A DNA stretch of 64,000 bases from Alphaproteobacteria bacterium. Lineage in GTDB: Bacteria > Pseudomonadota > Alphaproteobacteria > SP197. Positions within the stretch are counted from its first letter, which is position 1. Each line of letters begins with the position of its first letter. Position numbers and translations under genes: made by a program. The stretch lies in NCBI GenBank assembly GCA_964291415.2, contig OZ219917.1, positions 480,001 to 544,000 on the forward strand, written 5' to 3'. This document shows positions 47,107-57,824 of this stretch, one piece after another. The notes under the pieces are model-generated. The model saw nothing but the letters and a program-made list of their open reading frames with translations. It was not told the origin of the DNA and ran no database searches.

Positions 47107-47126
47107 TGTAATGTTATAACGTTGCG
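47107..47126. promoter_or_regulatory. putative Zur box in the divergent promoter
   Basis: TGTAATGTTATAACGTTGCG, an AT-rich dyad like the alphaproteobacterial Zur site, between the ABC arm and the Fur-family gene. Confidence 0.7.
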
Positions 47127-47181
47127 TCCACTATCTTCATCTGCTAACCTCGTCAAGAGCGCTGACGACACGGAGGCAAAG

Positions 47182-47586
47182 GTGCCGCGGGGACGAATTC
47201 GCCTGACACATGCTGACAGGGTGCTCGAGGTTCTAAGGCGTCAGGAGTGCCCGCTCTCTGCCTACGAGATTCTGGAAGCTCTCCGCGAAGACGGCGTGTC
47301 CGCGGCGACGACCGTCTACAGGGCACTGGACAAGTTGCTTGAGGCCGGCCACGTGCACCGGATCGAGTCCCTGAACGCTTGGACAGCGTGCCGCGAACCG
47401 CATCATTCCGAGACTCCGGTCTTCGAGATCTGCGATGGCTGCGGCAGTGTCACGGAGCATGTGACTTCTCACCTTGCCCGCGACATCGCGGCCCTGTCCA
47501 CGGACTCAGGATTCGCGCCCGATCGCTCGGTCATCGAGATCCACGGGCGCTGCAGCGATTGCGGTGCAACCGCACCAAACACTTGA
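47182..47586 (+). CDS. Fur-family regulator, Zur-like
   Basis: [49 protein letters not shown]. Confidence 0.88.
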   Translation: MPRGRIRLTHADRVLEVLRRQECPLSAYEILEALREDGVSAATTVYRALDKLLEAGHVHRIESLNAWTACREPHHSETPVFEICDGCGSVTEHVTSHLARDIAALSTDSGFAPDRSVIEIHGRCSDCGATAPNT

Positions 47587-47605
47587 CACTCGAAAAGGAC
47601 GAGAG

Positions 47606-48577
47606 ATGGACAATCCCGCACAAGTTCCCGTCACCGTGCTCACCGGCTTCCTCGGCGCCGGCAAGACAACGCTTCTGAATCGCATCCTCACTGAGCGCCA
47701 TGGCAAGCGCTATGCGGTCATCGTCAACGAGTTTGGCGAGGAAGGCATCGACAACGATCTTGTTGTAGATGCAGACGAGGAAGTGTTCGAAATGAACAAC
47801 GGCTGCATATGCTGCACCGTCCGCGGCGATCTGATCCGGATCCTCGGCGGCTTGATGAAGCGCGGCGACCAGTTTGCCGCCATTATTGTCGAAACCACCG
47901 GTCTTGCCGATCCGGCACCCGTGGCACAGACCTTCTTCGTCGACCAGGATGTCGCTGACCGCACGCGGCTTGATGCCATTGTGACCGTGGCGGATGCCGT
48001 CCATCTCGACGCGCAGCTCGGCGAGCATCACGAAGCGGAGGAACAAGTGGCGTTTGCCGATGTTGTGCTGCTCAACAAGACCGATCTCGTGGAAGCCGAT
48101 GGACTTGAGCGGGTCGAGGCGCGGATCCGCAAGATCAATCCCTATGCGAAGATCATCCGCACCGCGCATTGCGCGGCACCGCTGGGTGAGGTTCTTGGGC
48201 TGAATGCGTTCAGCCTCGATCGCGTCCTGGAGGTGGAACCCGACTTTTTGACCTCCGATCACGATCACGACCACGACGATGACGTCACAAGCCTCTCACT
48301 TGTCTCGGAAACGCCGCTTGATCTCGACAGGTTCCAGAAGTGGTTCGGTCAGCTCCTGCAGCAGCGCGGACAAGACATACTGCGCTCGAAGGGTATCCTG
48401 GACTTTTCCGGTCATGACGACCGTTACGTCTTCCAGGGGGTGCACATGCTGATGGACGGGTCGCCAATGGGGCCGTGGCCAGAGGACAAGCCCCGCGTGT
48501 CGCGTGTGGTGTTCATCGGTCGCGATCTCGAAAACATGGGACTGAAGGAAGGGTTTGAGGCTTGTCGGGCGGCGTGA
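47606..48577 (+). CDS. COG0523/CobW-family metallochaperone GTPase
   Basis: [39 protein letters not shown], His-rich linker HDHDH. Confidence 0.95.
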   Translation: MDNPAQVPVTVLTGFLGAGKTTLLNRILTERHGKRYAVIVNEFGEEGIDNDLVVDADEEVFEMNNGCICCTVRGDLIRILGGLMKRGDQFAAIIVETTGLADPAPVAQTFFVDQDVADRTRLDAIVTVADAVHLDAQLGEHHEAEEQVAFADVVLLNKTDLVEADGLERVEARIRKINPYAKIIRTAHCAAPLGEVLGLNAFSLDRVLEVEPDFLTSDHDHDHDDDVTSLSLVSETPLDLDRFQKWFGQLLQQRGQDILRSKGILDFSGHDDRYVFQGVHMLMDGSPMGPWPEDKPRVSRVVFIGRDLENMGLKEGFEACRAA

Positions 48578-49641
48578 CGCCGGACCTGCAGAGGCATGTC
48601 AATCGGCGGCGCGGCTTCCCGGAATCCGAGTTGGAGAAGCGCGGCCTGAAGCTTGAGATCGGTGCTCCGGTCACGGGTGCCATTGCCGTAGGCAACGCCG
48701 TCGTCGTGGCTTCTGGTGATGGAACCCTTCACTTTTTCCGCCCTGAAACGGACCCCACCGTGACGAAGGCCCATGATGGTGCCGTCCTCTGCCTGGTCGC
48801 GGATGCCGATCACGTGCTGACCGGGGGCGATGATGGACGTTGTCTCCGCATAGCGCTCGATGGCCAGGTCGAAGAGATCGCCAGTTTCGGCTCGCGCTGG
48901 GTCGATTGTGTTGCCGCTGGTCATGGGCAATGGGCGTGTTCCTCCGGACGGACCGTGAATGTCTGGCGCAAGGGAGAAACCTCGGCGACATCGCTCGAGC
49001 ACGTCAGCACCATCGGGGGTCTCGCTTTCGACGCGAAGGGCAAGCGCCTGGCCGCCGCCCACTATGGCGGCGCGACGGTCTGGGAGCGCGGGGAGCGGCG
49101 GTGGAAGCGCTCGAAGCTTGTCTGGAAAGGATCCCATGGTGCCGTGACCTTCAGTCCGGACGGCAAGTATCTGGTCACGGCCATGCAGGAAAATGCGCTT
49201 CACTGCTGGCGCCTCCGCGACAAGGGCGACATGGCCATGCAGGGATACCCGGCCAAGATCAAGAGCTTCGCGTGGGTAGGCGATGCCCCTCACCTGGCTA
49301 CATCCGGCGCGGATGAAGCGATCTGTTGGCCCTTCAACGGGAAGGACGGACCCATGGGCCTGGCGCCACTTTGCGTCGCCCGTGGGGGCAAGCATCTGGC
49401 AACGTGCGTACAGTCCCTGAGCGAGGAGAATGCTGTCTTTGCCGGATTTCAGGACGGTGCCGTTCTCTTGGCCGAGCTTGATGAAGCCAAGGAGTCGATA
49501 GTCATTCGAGGTTCTGCGGGCGCCGAAGTGACAGCCATTGCCGTCACCAAGTCCCTGTCGCATGTGTTGATTGGCGATGCGAAGGGCAGTGTTCTCTGGG
49601 CGACACTGTGGGCAGGAGACACGCATGCGCGGACTGTTTGA
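48574..49641 (+). CDS. WD40-repeat protein (COG0523 partner)
   Basis: [39 protein letters not shown]; GTGA overlap with the GTPase. Confidence 0.85.
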   Translation: MTPDLQRHVNRRRGFPESELEKRGLKLEIGAPVTGAIAVGNAVVVASGDGTLHFFRPETDPTVTKAHDGAVLCLVADADHVLTGGDDGRCLRIALDGQVEEIASFGSRWVDCVAAGHGQWACSSGRTVNVWRKGETSATSLEHVSTIGGLAFDAKGKRLAAAHYGGATVWERGERRWKRSKLVWKGSHGAVTFSPDGKYLVTAMQENALHCWRLRDKGDMAMQGYPAKIKSFAWVGDAPHLATSGADEAICWPFNGKDGPMGLAPLCVARGGKHLATCVQSLSEENAVFAGFQDGAVLLAELDEAKESIVIRGSAGAEVTAIAVTKSLSHVLIGDAKGSVLWATLWAGDTHARTV

Positions 49642-49885
49642 TCCCAAACGCCCCGATCCGAAGGCCGTGCGTCGGATCAAGATGCTCATAGCGGAGCGCT
49701 TCGATCTGCCTGAGAGCACGACACTCGCTGTGGCGGAACTGCGCTGCCATGAGCCGGATTGTCCACCGGTCGAGACAGTCATCACGGCACGGCAAGCCGA
49801 TGGGTCCATGCGGGACTGGCGGGTCGCCAAGCCTCTGAACGATGTTGAGCGCGCCGACATCGACATGCTGCACCACCAACCGTGA
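49625..49885 (+). CDS. small hypothetical protein with ELxCxEPxCPPxET motif
   Basis: VAELRCHEPDCPPVETVI; overlaps the end of the WD40 gene. Confidence 0.7.
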   Translation: MRGLFDPKRPDPKAVRRIKMLIAERFDLPESTTLAVAELRCHEPDCPPVETVITARQADGSMRDWRVAKPLNDVERADIDMLHHQP

Positions 49886-49966
49886 TCAGCCCGCCCCCAG
49901 ACACTGGGTGGTCGCTGCGGCGGACCAGTTACCACGGCGGAGCCTGAACTCCCAATACCACGCGGG

Positions 49967-49985
49967 GAAACAAAACGGTTGACTC
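49967..49985 (+). repeat. att-like direct repeat, right
   Basis: GAAACAAAACGGTTGACTC. Confidence 0.7.
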
Positions 49986-50191
49986 CGGAATCCAGCCATG
50001 GCGTCTCGACATCGGGTGTCGAAAGGCACGACTGTGCCGTAGTCGTGTGAGAGCACTCTGGAGCCATTCGGAGGGTATGCCTCTCGCAGGCGGCTTCAGT
50101 CTTCGATTTTGGGTTTGTACCAACGTTGGGATGGCAGCCAGATCCGACACCCTATGGGAGCGCGGCCCGGATTTCAGGAGAGAGCAAGGCG

Positions 50192-50893
50192 ATGACGGAC
50201 AAGGTGGCAATGATCTCGGCGGGCGGCAGCGGCATGGGCGCCGCCACGGCCGAACGGTTGGCAGCTGACGGCTATCGCATCGCCATTCTTTCCTCGTCCG
50301 GCAAGGGCGAGGCGCTGGCCGGGACACTGGGTGGAATCGGCGTCACGGGCTCCAACCGCTCCAACGACGATATCCGGCGCCTCGTCGACCTCGCGATGGA
50401 ACGCTGGGACCGCATCGACGTCCTGGTCAACAGCGCCGGCCACGGGCCACGCGGGCCCGTGATGGAACTCACGGACGATGACTGGCACACCGGCATGGAG
50501 GTCTATTTCCTCTCGGCCGTGCGTCCGACCCGCGCCGTGCTGCCGGCCATGGAGGCCCAGGGATCGGGCGCCATCGTCAACATCTCGACCTTCGCCGCCT
50601 TCGAGCCCGATCCGGTGTTCCCCACCTCCGGCGTCTTCCGCGCCGGGCTGGCTGCCTGGTGCAAGCTCTTCGCCGACCGCTACGCCGCCGCCGGCATTCG
50701 CATGAACAATGTGCTGCCGGGCTTCATCGACAGCCTGCCGGAGAATCCGGACTTCAAGGCCCGCATCCCCATGGCGCGCTACGGCACGGTGGCGGAGATC
50801 GCCGCCACCGTCGCCTTCCTGGCTTCCGACGGCGCCGGCTACATCACCGGCCAGAACCTGCGCGCCGACGGCGGCATCACGCGCGCGGTGTGA
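50192..50893 (+). CDS. short-chain dehydrogenase/reductase
   Basis: SAGGSGMG, DVLVNSAG, IVNIS, NNVLPG, YITGQ. Confidence 0.9.
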   Translation: MTDKVAMISAGGSGMGAATAERLAADGYRIAILSSSGKGEALAGTLGGIGVTGSNRSNDDIRRLVDLAMERWDRIDVLVNSAGHGPRGPVMELTDDDWHTGMEVYFLSAVRPTRAVLPAMEAQGSGAIVNISTFAAFEPDPVFPTSGVFRAGLAAWCKLFADRYAAAGIRMNNVLPGFIDSLPENPDFKARIPMARYGTVAEIAATVAFLASDGAGYITGQNLRADGGITRAV

Positions 50894-51067
50894 GAACGCC
50901 GCCGTCGCGGGGGGCGCCGGTCGCGGGAGTTGGCGAAGTCGCGCTGAAAACGGGTGAGTCCCCGGACGGCAGCACCACGGACATGGCGGACTCCGGATGC
51001 GCGAGAATGCCGTTGAAGCCGTCGGCCCTGGAACTGTTCATCCAGGTTTTCTCGCCAGGGCAATCCG

Positions 51068-52708
51068 TCACATGTTGGGGTAGTTCGGGCCGCCGCCGCC
51101 TTCCGGCGTCACCCAGACGATGTTCTGTGTCGGATCCTTGATGTCGCATGTCTTGCAGTGCACGCAGTTCTGCGCGTTGATCTGCAGCCTTGCCCCGTCG
51201 TCATCCTCGATGATCTCGTAGACTCCGGCCGGACAGTAGCGTTGTTCGGGGGCATCGTAGAGGGCGAGATTGATGTCGACCGGCACGCTGGCATCCTTGA
51301 GGGTGAGATGGACGGGCTGGTCCTCCTCGTGGTTCGTCGATGACAGGTACACCGAACTCGCACGATCGAAAGTGATCTCGCCGTCGGGCGGGGGATAGTC
51401 GATCGCCTGGCAGGCATTCTTCGGCTTGAGGGATTCGTGATCCGGACGATGCCGGAACGTCCAGGGCGCCCGTCCCCTCAGGATCACCGTGTCGATGGCG
51501 GAATAGAGGAAACCCTGGACGAAACCGCCGTGAAAGCTCGGCCTGATGTTGCGCACGCGGTAGAGTTCGTCCCACAGCCAGGTCTGGCGCAGGCGTTCGC
51601 CATAGGCGAGGACTTCAGCACCTCCTTCTGTCTCGCCGGCGAGACAGTCGAACACCGCCTCGGCTGCGGTCATGCCACTCTTCATGGCCGTGTGGCTGCC
51701 CTTGATCTTCGGCACGTTGAGAAAGCCGGCCGCACAGCCGATCAGCATGCCACCGGGGAAGGTGAGGCGTGGAATCGACTGGAAGCCGCCCTCGTTGATG
51801 GCGCGGGCGCCATAGGCAATGCGTTTGCCACCCTCGAAGAAGGGGCGGATCGCCGGGTGTGTCTTGAACCGCTGGAATTCGTCGAAGGGCGAGAGCCAGG
51901 GGTTCTCGTAGTCGAGGCCGACGACGAAGCCGACGGCGATCTGGTTGTCGTCGAGGTGATAGAGAAAGGATCCGCCGTAGGTCCTGCCATCCATGGGCCA
52001 GCCGGCGGTATGGATGACCGTGCCCGGCTCGTGCCTTTCCGGGTCGACCTCCCACAACTCCTTGATTCCGATTCCGTATGTCTGCGGCTGGACGCCCTCA
52101 CGCAGGCCGAAGCGATCCATCAGCTGTCGGGAGAGGTGCCCGCGGCACCCCTCGGCAAAGAGAACCTGCCTGGCATGAAGTTCGATACCGGGCTCGTACG
52201 TGTCCTTCGGCTTGCCGTCGCGGCCGATCCCCATGTCGCCGGTTGCCACACCCTTCACGGAGCCGTCATCGTGGAACAGGACCTCGGCGGCGGCAAAGCC
52301 GGGGAAGATCGCCACGCCCAGGGCTTCCGCCTCGCCGGCCAGCCAGCGGCAGACATTGCCAAGCGAGATGATGTAGTTGCCGTGGTTCGCCATCTGCGGG
52401 GGTGTCGGCAGGCGAACCGCGCGCTTTTCGGTGAGATAGAGGAACCGGTCCTTCTTCACCGGTGTCAGCAGAGGTGCCCCGCGTTCCTTCCAGTCGGGAA
52501 TGAGCTCGTTGATCGCCCGCGGCTCCATGACCGCGCCCGACAGGATGTGCGCACCGACTTCGGATCCCTTCTCGAGAACGCAGACCGAGACGTCCTCTCC
52601 CGCTTCTTCGGCCAGCTGTGCAAGGCGGATGGCTGCGGCCAGACCTGCAGGTCCGGCGCCCACGATCACGACATCGAACTCCATGCTCTCGCGTTCGCGC
52701 TGTTCCAT
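51068..52708 (-). CDS. electron transfer flavoprotein-ubiquinone oxidoreductase
   Basis: [52 protein letters not shown]. Confidence 0.97.
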   Translation of the reverse strand: MEQRERESMEFDVVIVGAGPAGLAAAIRLAQLAEEAGEDVSVCVLEKGSEVGAHILSGAVMEPRAINELIPDWKERGAPLLTPVKKDRFLYLTEKRAVRLPTPPQMANHGNYIISLGNVCRWLAGEAEALGVAIFPGFAAAEVLFHDDGSVKGVATGDMGIGRDGKPKDTYEPGIELHARQVLFAEGCRGHLSRQLMDRFGLREGVQPQTYGIGIKELWEVDPERHEPGTVIHTAGWPMDGRTYGGSFLYHLDDNQIAVGFVVGLDYENPWLSPFDEFQRFKTHPAIRPFFEGGKRIAYGARAINEGGFQSIPRLTFPGGMLIGCAAGFLNVPKIKGSHTAMKSGMTAAEAVFDCLAGETEGGAEVLAYGERLRQTWLWDELYRVRNIRPSFHGGFVQGFLYSAIDTVILRGRAPWTFRHRPDHESLKPKNACQAIDYPPPDGEITFDRASSVYLSSTNHEEDQPVHLTLKDASVPVDINLALYDAPEQRYCPAGVYEIIEDDDGARLQINAQNCVHCKTCDIKDPTQNIVWVTPEGGGGPNYPNM

Positions 52709-52797
52709 TTCGTCCTTCAGTGCGCTGTCATTCCAGTTCTCTTAACCGACGGTGATATTCGTTACAATGCCGCCGGACGTTCGACGAGCGGAGCGCC

Positions 52798-53595
52798 ATG
52801 GATCGCGAGGAAGCCCGCAGATTGCTGAACTGGTATGTCGCAATAGGCGTCGACGAAGCGACCACCGCGGTGGCGGTCGACCGCTTCGTTGTTCCTCCGG
52901 CGCCGGCTCCCGTCCGAACGGCACCCGCGAGAGGACCGCAGGTCCCGACCCGACCGGCTGCTGCCCCCGAGGACGCCAGGACCCTGGCGGCCAGCGCCTC
53001 CAGTCTTGAGGAACTGGTCGGAATCATCAACGCGTTCGATGGATGCCCGCTCAAGCGCACGGCCACCACGACCTGCATCGCCGACGGCAATGCGCAAGCG
53101 TCCATCATGATCATCGGTGAAGCCCCCGGGGCCGAAGAGGACCGCCAGGGCAAACCCTTCGTCGGCCCGGCCGGAAAGCTCCTTGACCGGATGCTGGCCG
53201 CGATCGGCCTCGACAGAACCCATGTCTACATCACCAACACCCTCTACTGGCGCCCGCCCGGAAACCGCACGCCCACGCCTGCGGAGATTGCGGTGTGCCT
53301 CCCCTTTCTCGAAAGGCAGGTGGAGCTCCTGGCGCCCAGACTTCTCGTCTACGCCGGAGGGACAGCGGTGCGGGCCATGTTCGATACGGCTCCAGGCGAA
53401 GGCATCACACGGCTTCGCGGACGCTGGCTGCGCCTCGAGCGCGAAGGCAGGGAGCCTGTGCCGGCCATCGCCATGTTCCACCCGGCCTATCTGTTGCGCC
53501 AGCCCCTCAAGAAGCGCGAGAGCTGGCGCGACCTTCTCGCCATACGAGAGCGCATGGACGAACTCGGGATCGCACCCGGAATGCCGAAGGCCTGA
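52798..53595 (+). CDS. uracil-DNA glycosylase family 4
   Basis: IIGEAPGAEED, PFVGPAG, WRPPGNRTP, FHPAYLLR. Confidence 0.93.
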   Translation: MDREEARRLLNWYVAIGVDEATTAVAVDRFVVPPAPAPVRTAPARGPQVPTRPAAAPEDARTLAASASSLEELVGIINAFDGCPLKRTATTTCIADGNAQASIMIIGEAPGAEEDRQGKPFVGPAGKLLDRMLAAIGLDRTHVYITNTLYWRPPGNRTPTPAEIAVCLPFLERQVELLAPRLLVYAGGTAVRAMFDTAPGEGITRLRGRWLRLEREGREPVPAIAMFHPAYLLRQPLKKRESWRDLLAIRERMDELGIAPGMPKA

Positions 53596-53608
53596 CGGCA
53601 TCTGACCG

Positions 53609-55447
53609 ATGGCGAAATCCCGTCTCCACGCCGGAGTATCCGGCGCCCTGCGCCTGCTCGTGGCGGGTGTCGTGATCGTGTGGGCTCACGGCGCATCGGC
53701 CCTTGACCTGCCTCCCCTGCCCTCCCTCAAGCCGGTCCCGCCGGTCAACGTCAGCGCGGTACCCCTGCCGGGTGTGCGGCCGGAGGCCCCCGAACGTGAC
53801 CCCTGGCGGATTCTCGACGATGTGGACCAGGAGATCTATCGCCGCATCTTTGCTGTCCAGGAAAGCGCCGACTGGAGAGAAGCCGACCGGCTGATCACCC
53901 GCTTGAGGGATCCGGTCCTGATGGGCCACGTTCTCGCCCAGCGCTATCTCCATCCGACAGGATGGATCTCGACCTTCGACGAATTGCGAACCTGGCTCGA
54001 ATCCTGGGCCGACCATCCGGACGCCCGGCGCATCCACGCCCTGGCGTTGAGACGCCAGCCGGCAGGAGCGGCGCCCCCCGCGGCTCCCGCCGCGAGGTGG
54101 GGGGATCCGGATATCGCAACCGTGACCATCGCGACCGGCTCGGCCGCCCTTTTGTCAACGGACCCCGATGACGGGCTCACCTCCGGTGAAAGCGACTTCC
54201 TGAAGCAGATACGCCGCGATGTCCGGAATGGTCGCCTCGGGGTTGCATGGTCGCGGCTGAGCGATACCGAGGCTCTTGCCGGCGCCGGATTGCTCGCCAT
54301 CGACATGGCGGCGGCGGAGATCGCCTTCGGTTACTTCATTCATGGCGATGACGCCCTTGCTCTCGATATCGCCACCACGGCCCTTCATCGATCGGGACAC
54401 CTGGTTCCCCTGGCCGGCTGGACCGCAGGACTGGCTGCCTGGCGCTCCGGTCGTCCGCACACGGCGCGCTCGATGATGCTGGTGGCCTCCCAGGGAGATC
54501 CTGCCAACCCGTTGGTGACCGCCAGTGCCTGGTGGGCGGCAAGACTGTCCCTGCTGACGGGGGAGCCGGGCGATATCGGCTATCTTCTCGGCATTGCGGC
54601 GCACCGGCCCTACACGCTCTACGGACTTCTCGCCCGGCATGCCCTGGGAATGGACGAAGATCTCGTCAACGATCCCCTTCCGCTGGTGTCTGACGACGGA
54701 GTGACGGCACTGTTGAAGAAACCCGCCATGCGCCGGGCCCTGGCGCTTGCCGAGGTGGGTCAGCACCACCGGGGAGACCGGGAACTGCGGGGACTCGGCG
54801 TCCGTCGTCACCCGGCTGCGGCCTCCGCCATCCTGGCCATGGCGGAGCGCATGCCGTTTCCGGCGACGCGGTACCGGCTGTCCCGGGAGTTCCTGATGCT
54901 CCACGCCGCACGACTCGATGACGCCCTCTTCCCGCTTCCGCCTTGGGAACCCGAGGAAGGATTCACCGTCGAGCCGGCACTGATGTATGCCCTCATGCGC
55001 CAGGAGTCGCGTTTTCGGGCCCGCACGGTCAGCCGTGCCGGAGCCCGGGGGATCCTGCAGATCATGCCGGCCACGGCAGCCTGGATTGCCGGTGATTCCG
55101 GCCTTGCGGGCGCCGGGAGGTATCGTCTCGATGATCCTGGAGTCTCCGTCGACCTGGGGGAGAGATATGTCCGCTACCTGCTCGATCTGCCGGATATCGA
55201 CGGCAGTCTCTTCCTCGTGCTTGCCGCCTACAACGGAGGTCCGGCGAGACTGGCGAGACGGTTGAATGACGTAAGCCCGCTGGCCGATCCTCTTCTTTTC
55301 GTGGAGTCCTATCCCTCTCGCGAGACCCGTTCCTTTCTCAGGAGCGTGATGGCAGACTACTGGATCTACACCAGGAGACTGGGATACGAACCGGCGTCGC
55401 TGGCCGCGCTGGCGGCCGGAGACTGGCCCCTCTATGGAGATTCCTGA
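53609..55447 (+). CDS. soluble lytic transglycosylase
   Basis: Signal peptide; RQESRF, GARGILQIMP, AAYNGG, ETRSF. Confidence 0.9.
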   Translation: MAKSRLHAGVSGALRLLVAGVVIVWAHGASALDLPPLPSLKPVPPVNVSAVPLPGVRPEAPERDPWRILDDVDQEIYRRIFAVQESADWREADRLITRLRDPVLMGHVLAQRYLHPTGWISTFDELRTWLESWADHPDARRIHALALRRQPAGAAPPAAPAARWGDPDIATVTIATGSAALLSTDPDDGLTSGESDFLKQIRRDVRNGRLGVAWSRLSDTEALAGAGLLAIDMAAAEIAFGYFIHGDDALALDIATTALHRSGHLVPLAGWTAGLAAWRSGRPHTARSMMLVASQGDPANPLVTASAWWAARLSLLTGEPGDIGYLLGIAAHRPYTLYGLLARHALGMDEDLVNDPLPLVSDDGVTALLKKPAMRRALALAEVGQHHRGDRELRGLGVRRHPAAASAILAMAERMPFPATRYRLSREFLMLHAARLDDALFPLPPWEPEEGFTVEPALMYALMRQESRFRARTVSRAGARGILQIMPATAAWIAGDSGLAGAGRYRLDDPGVSVDLGERYVRYLLDLPDIDGSLFLVLAAYNGGPARLARRLNDVSPLADPLLFVESYPSRETRSFLRSVMADYWIYTRRLGYEPASLAALAAGDWPLYGDS

Positions 55448-55448
55448 C

Positions 55449-56003
55449 ATGCCCGGAATCGACGACAGCAAGCCGTTCCTCGCGGTCCGGATCGCCGTCC
55501 TGACGGTCTCCGACAGCCGTTCCCTCGATGACGACCGGTCGGGCGCCGTTCTCGTCGAACGCGTCGAGGCGGCGGGTCACGAGGTGGCCGACCGCCGCAT
55601 TGTCACCGACGATGTGGCCTCGATCGTCGAAATCCTCCGGTCGTGGATCGACGATTCCGGCGTCGACGTCGTGATCGCCACGGGAGGCACCGGGGTCACC
55701 GGCCGCGACGTCACCCCCGAAGCCTTCGACGAGGTCTGCGAGAAGGCGATTCCCGGATTTGGCGAGCTCTTCCGCTGGCTCTCGTTCCACAAGATCGGCA
55801 CCTCGACGATCCAGTCCCGGGCTACGGCCGGCGTCGCTGGCGGCACCTATCTCTTTGCCCTGCCGGGTTCGCCCGGCGCCTGCAGGGACGCGTGGGACGA
55901 CATCCTGGTCCACCAGCTCGACTACCGCTTCGGCCCCTGCAACTTCGTCGAACTCATGCCCCGCCTGCTCGAGACAGGCCGCGCCGCGGCGAGAGGCTCC
56001 TGA
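55449..56003 (+). CDS. moaB: molybdenum cofactor biosynthesis protein B
   Basis: [44 protein letters not shown]. Confidence 0.95.
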   Translation: MPGIDDSKPFLAVRIAVLTVSDSRSLDDDRSGAVLVERVEAAGHEVADRRIVTDDVASIVEILRSWIDDSGVDVVIATGGTGVTGRDVTPEAFDEVCEKAIPGFGELFRWLSFHKIGTSTIQSRATAGVAGGTYLFALPGSPGACRDAWDDILVHQLDYRFGPCNFVELMPRLLETGRAAARGS

Positions 56004-56059
56004 AAGACCCTGCGGCCGGCGGGCGTCCTTGTCCATATCCCGCACGGGCCGGGCGTGAC

Positions 56060-56138
56060 TCGACACGCCGCCCGATCCGGCGTGGAACAATGCGTGCGGC
56101 GCGCCACGCGCGATGGAACACGCCATGGCTGAGGCTGA
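56060..56138 (+). pseudogene. 3' remnant of a duplicated phyH-like gene
   Basis: TCGACACGCCGCCCGATCCGGCGTGGAACAATGCG...GAGGCTGA matches the 3' end of 57825-58703. Confidence 0.7.
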
Positions 56139-56203
56139 CCTGAACAGCCGAGCCGGCTACAATGAATCCGATGAGAGCAACAACTGAAGAGAGGGAGGTT
56201 CCA

Positions 56204-57370
56204 ATGACATTGAAGCCATTGATGGAGACGACCCGTTTCCACGACCTGTTGTGCGAAGGCAAACTCAACCGCCGTGATGCCCACCGCGTCATGGCGAGCT
56301 TCGGTATCGGCACTCTGACCGCCCACTCCCTGGGAGGAAGCGCGCTCGCCCAGGAAGCCGACGAGGACCATCCCATATTCTTCACCTGGGGCGGCTATGA
56401 CGAGCCGGAATTCATGGTCCATTACACCGCGAAGTACGGCCGCGAGCCGAACTACCACTTCTTCTCCGACGAAGACGACGCCTTTGCCAAGATGAGGGGC
56501 GGCTACAATCCGCACGTGACCTATCCGTGCGGCCCCTCGCTCAAGCGCTGGTACGATGCGGGCTTTCTGGCGCCGATCGAGACCGACCGGCTTTCCAACT
56601 GGCCCGACGTCATGCAGGTCTTCAAGGACGTGCCCCACTCGGTGGTGGACGGCGTCAGGGTCTATGTGCCGGAGGACTGGGGCCAGACCTCGATGGTCAT
56701 CCGCACCGACGTCGCGCCGGAGTATGCTGATCCCGAGAACCAGACATGGAAAGCGTTGTGGGACGAGAATTATGCCGGCCGCGTCTCGATCTCCAACTCT
56801 TCCTACGAGGCTTTCGCCATCGCGGCCCTCGTCCTGGGTATCAGCCCCTGGAACATGAACGAGGCCGAACGCATCCAGTGCGAGGATCTCCTGCGCAAAC
56901 AGATTCCGCTCAACCGTGTGATCGGGGCCTCGTTCACGGAGCGTGTGCAGGCGGTGGCAGCGGGTGAAGTCGTGATATCGACGAACGACAACGGTGCCGT
57001 TGCGGAGCTTGCGACGCATGCCGAAGGCGGCAGCTTCGAATTCACGTGGGCCACGCCCAAAGAAGGTGCGATCACGTGGCATTGCGGCCTGTGCATCCAT
57101 CCCGCCGCGATCACCGACGGCTTCTACGAGAAGGCGCACGACATCATCGACTCCTTCATTTCGCCCGAAGCCGGCGCCTACGAGATCGGCAACTGGTACT
57201 ACGGGCACTCCAACGTGAAGTCCTACGATGGGTTCGATGAGGAGTTCCTCAACTCGATCGGTCAGACCAAGTACGTCGAGGAGTTTCTCGCAACCGCCCA
57301 GTTCCAGCAGACGATGAACGAGCCGGACGTGCTTGCCACCCGTTGGGAAGAGCTGAAGGCCGGGTTCTGA
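56204..57370 (+). CDS. PotD/PotF-like ABC substrate-binding protein, copy 1 (Tat-like signal)
   Basis: NRRDA signal, FFTWGGYD, PEDWG, PKEGAITW; GGGAGG RBS. Confidence 0.85.
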   Translation: MTLKPLMETTRFHDLLCEGKLNRRDAHRVMASFGIGTLTAHSLGGSALAQEADEDHPIFFTWGGYDEPEFMVHYTAKYGREPNYHFFSDEDDAFAKMRGGYNPHVTYPCGPSLKRWYDAGFLAPIETDRLSNWPDVMQVFKDVPHSVVDGVRVYVPEDWGQTSMVIRTDVAPEYADPENQTWKALWDENYAGRVSISNSSYEAFAIAALVLGISPWNMNEAERIQCEDLLRKQIPLNRVIGASFTERVQAVAAGEVVISTNDNGAVAELATHAEGGSFEFTWATPKEGAITWHCGLCIHPAAITDGFYEKAHDIIDSFISPEAGAYEIGNWYYGHSNVKSYDGFDEEFLNSIGQTKYVEEFLATAQFQQTMNEPDVLATRWEELKAGF

Positions 57371-57394
57371 GCCGCCCGTTCGCGGATGACTGCA

Positions 57395-57425
57395 ATCGGC
57401 CCGGCACCGGTGATGCCGGGCCGAT
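57395..57425 (+). other. 12-bp stem-loop after SBP copy 1
   Basis: ATCGGCCCGGCA-CCGGTGA-TGCCGGGCCGAT; no U-tract; conserved after copy 2. Confidence 0.6.
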
Positions 57426-57824
57426 AGCCTTGTTGTCCTGCCGGCTGTCATGCGGTGCGTGCATGACCGCGCCATGTTCAATGAAGATCGATCACGGCAT
57501 CGCCACCTGAGCCTGCGGTGCGGCGGGTGCGCCATTCGAAGACACCGAGGACGACGGATCCTCTCACCCCTGCAACCTGAGCGGCCAGTGGGCCTCGCCG
57601 GCTCTTCGGTTCGCACGCGCCTCCGCGACATGACGCAGACCGGGAGCAAGGCAGTGCTCGAGTCCGGCATCGGGCACTGGTGACGGCCGTTGTGACGATG
57701 CCGCGCAATGAGGCTGGGTCTCGAACGCTCGAGGGTTGACGAATTTGGCGATTGTCCGCCAAGGGTCCGGATTGGTATGCTTTCGGCCTGCACGTCACCA
57801 CAGGCAGTGAGTTACGGAGAGTCG

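Larger units (their letters stand above)
42958..49985. mobile_element. integrative island with metal-starvation cargo
   Basis: Bounded by 17/19 direct repeats; integrase remnant just inside the left end; codon usage looks less GC3-biased than the flanks (by eye). Confidence 0.7.
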
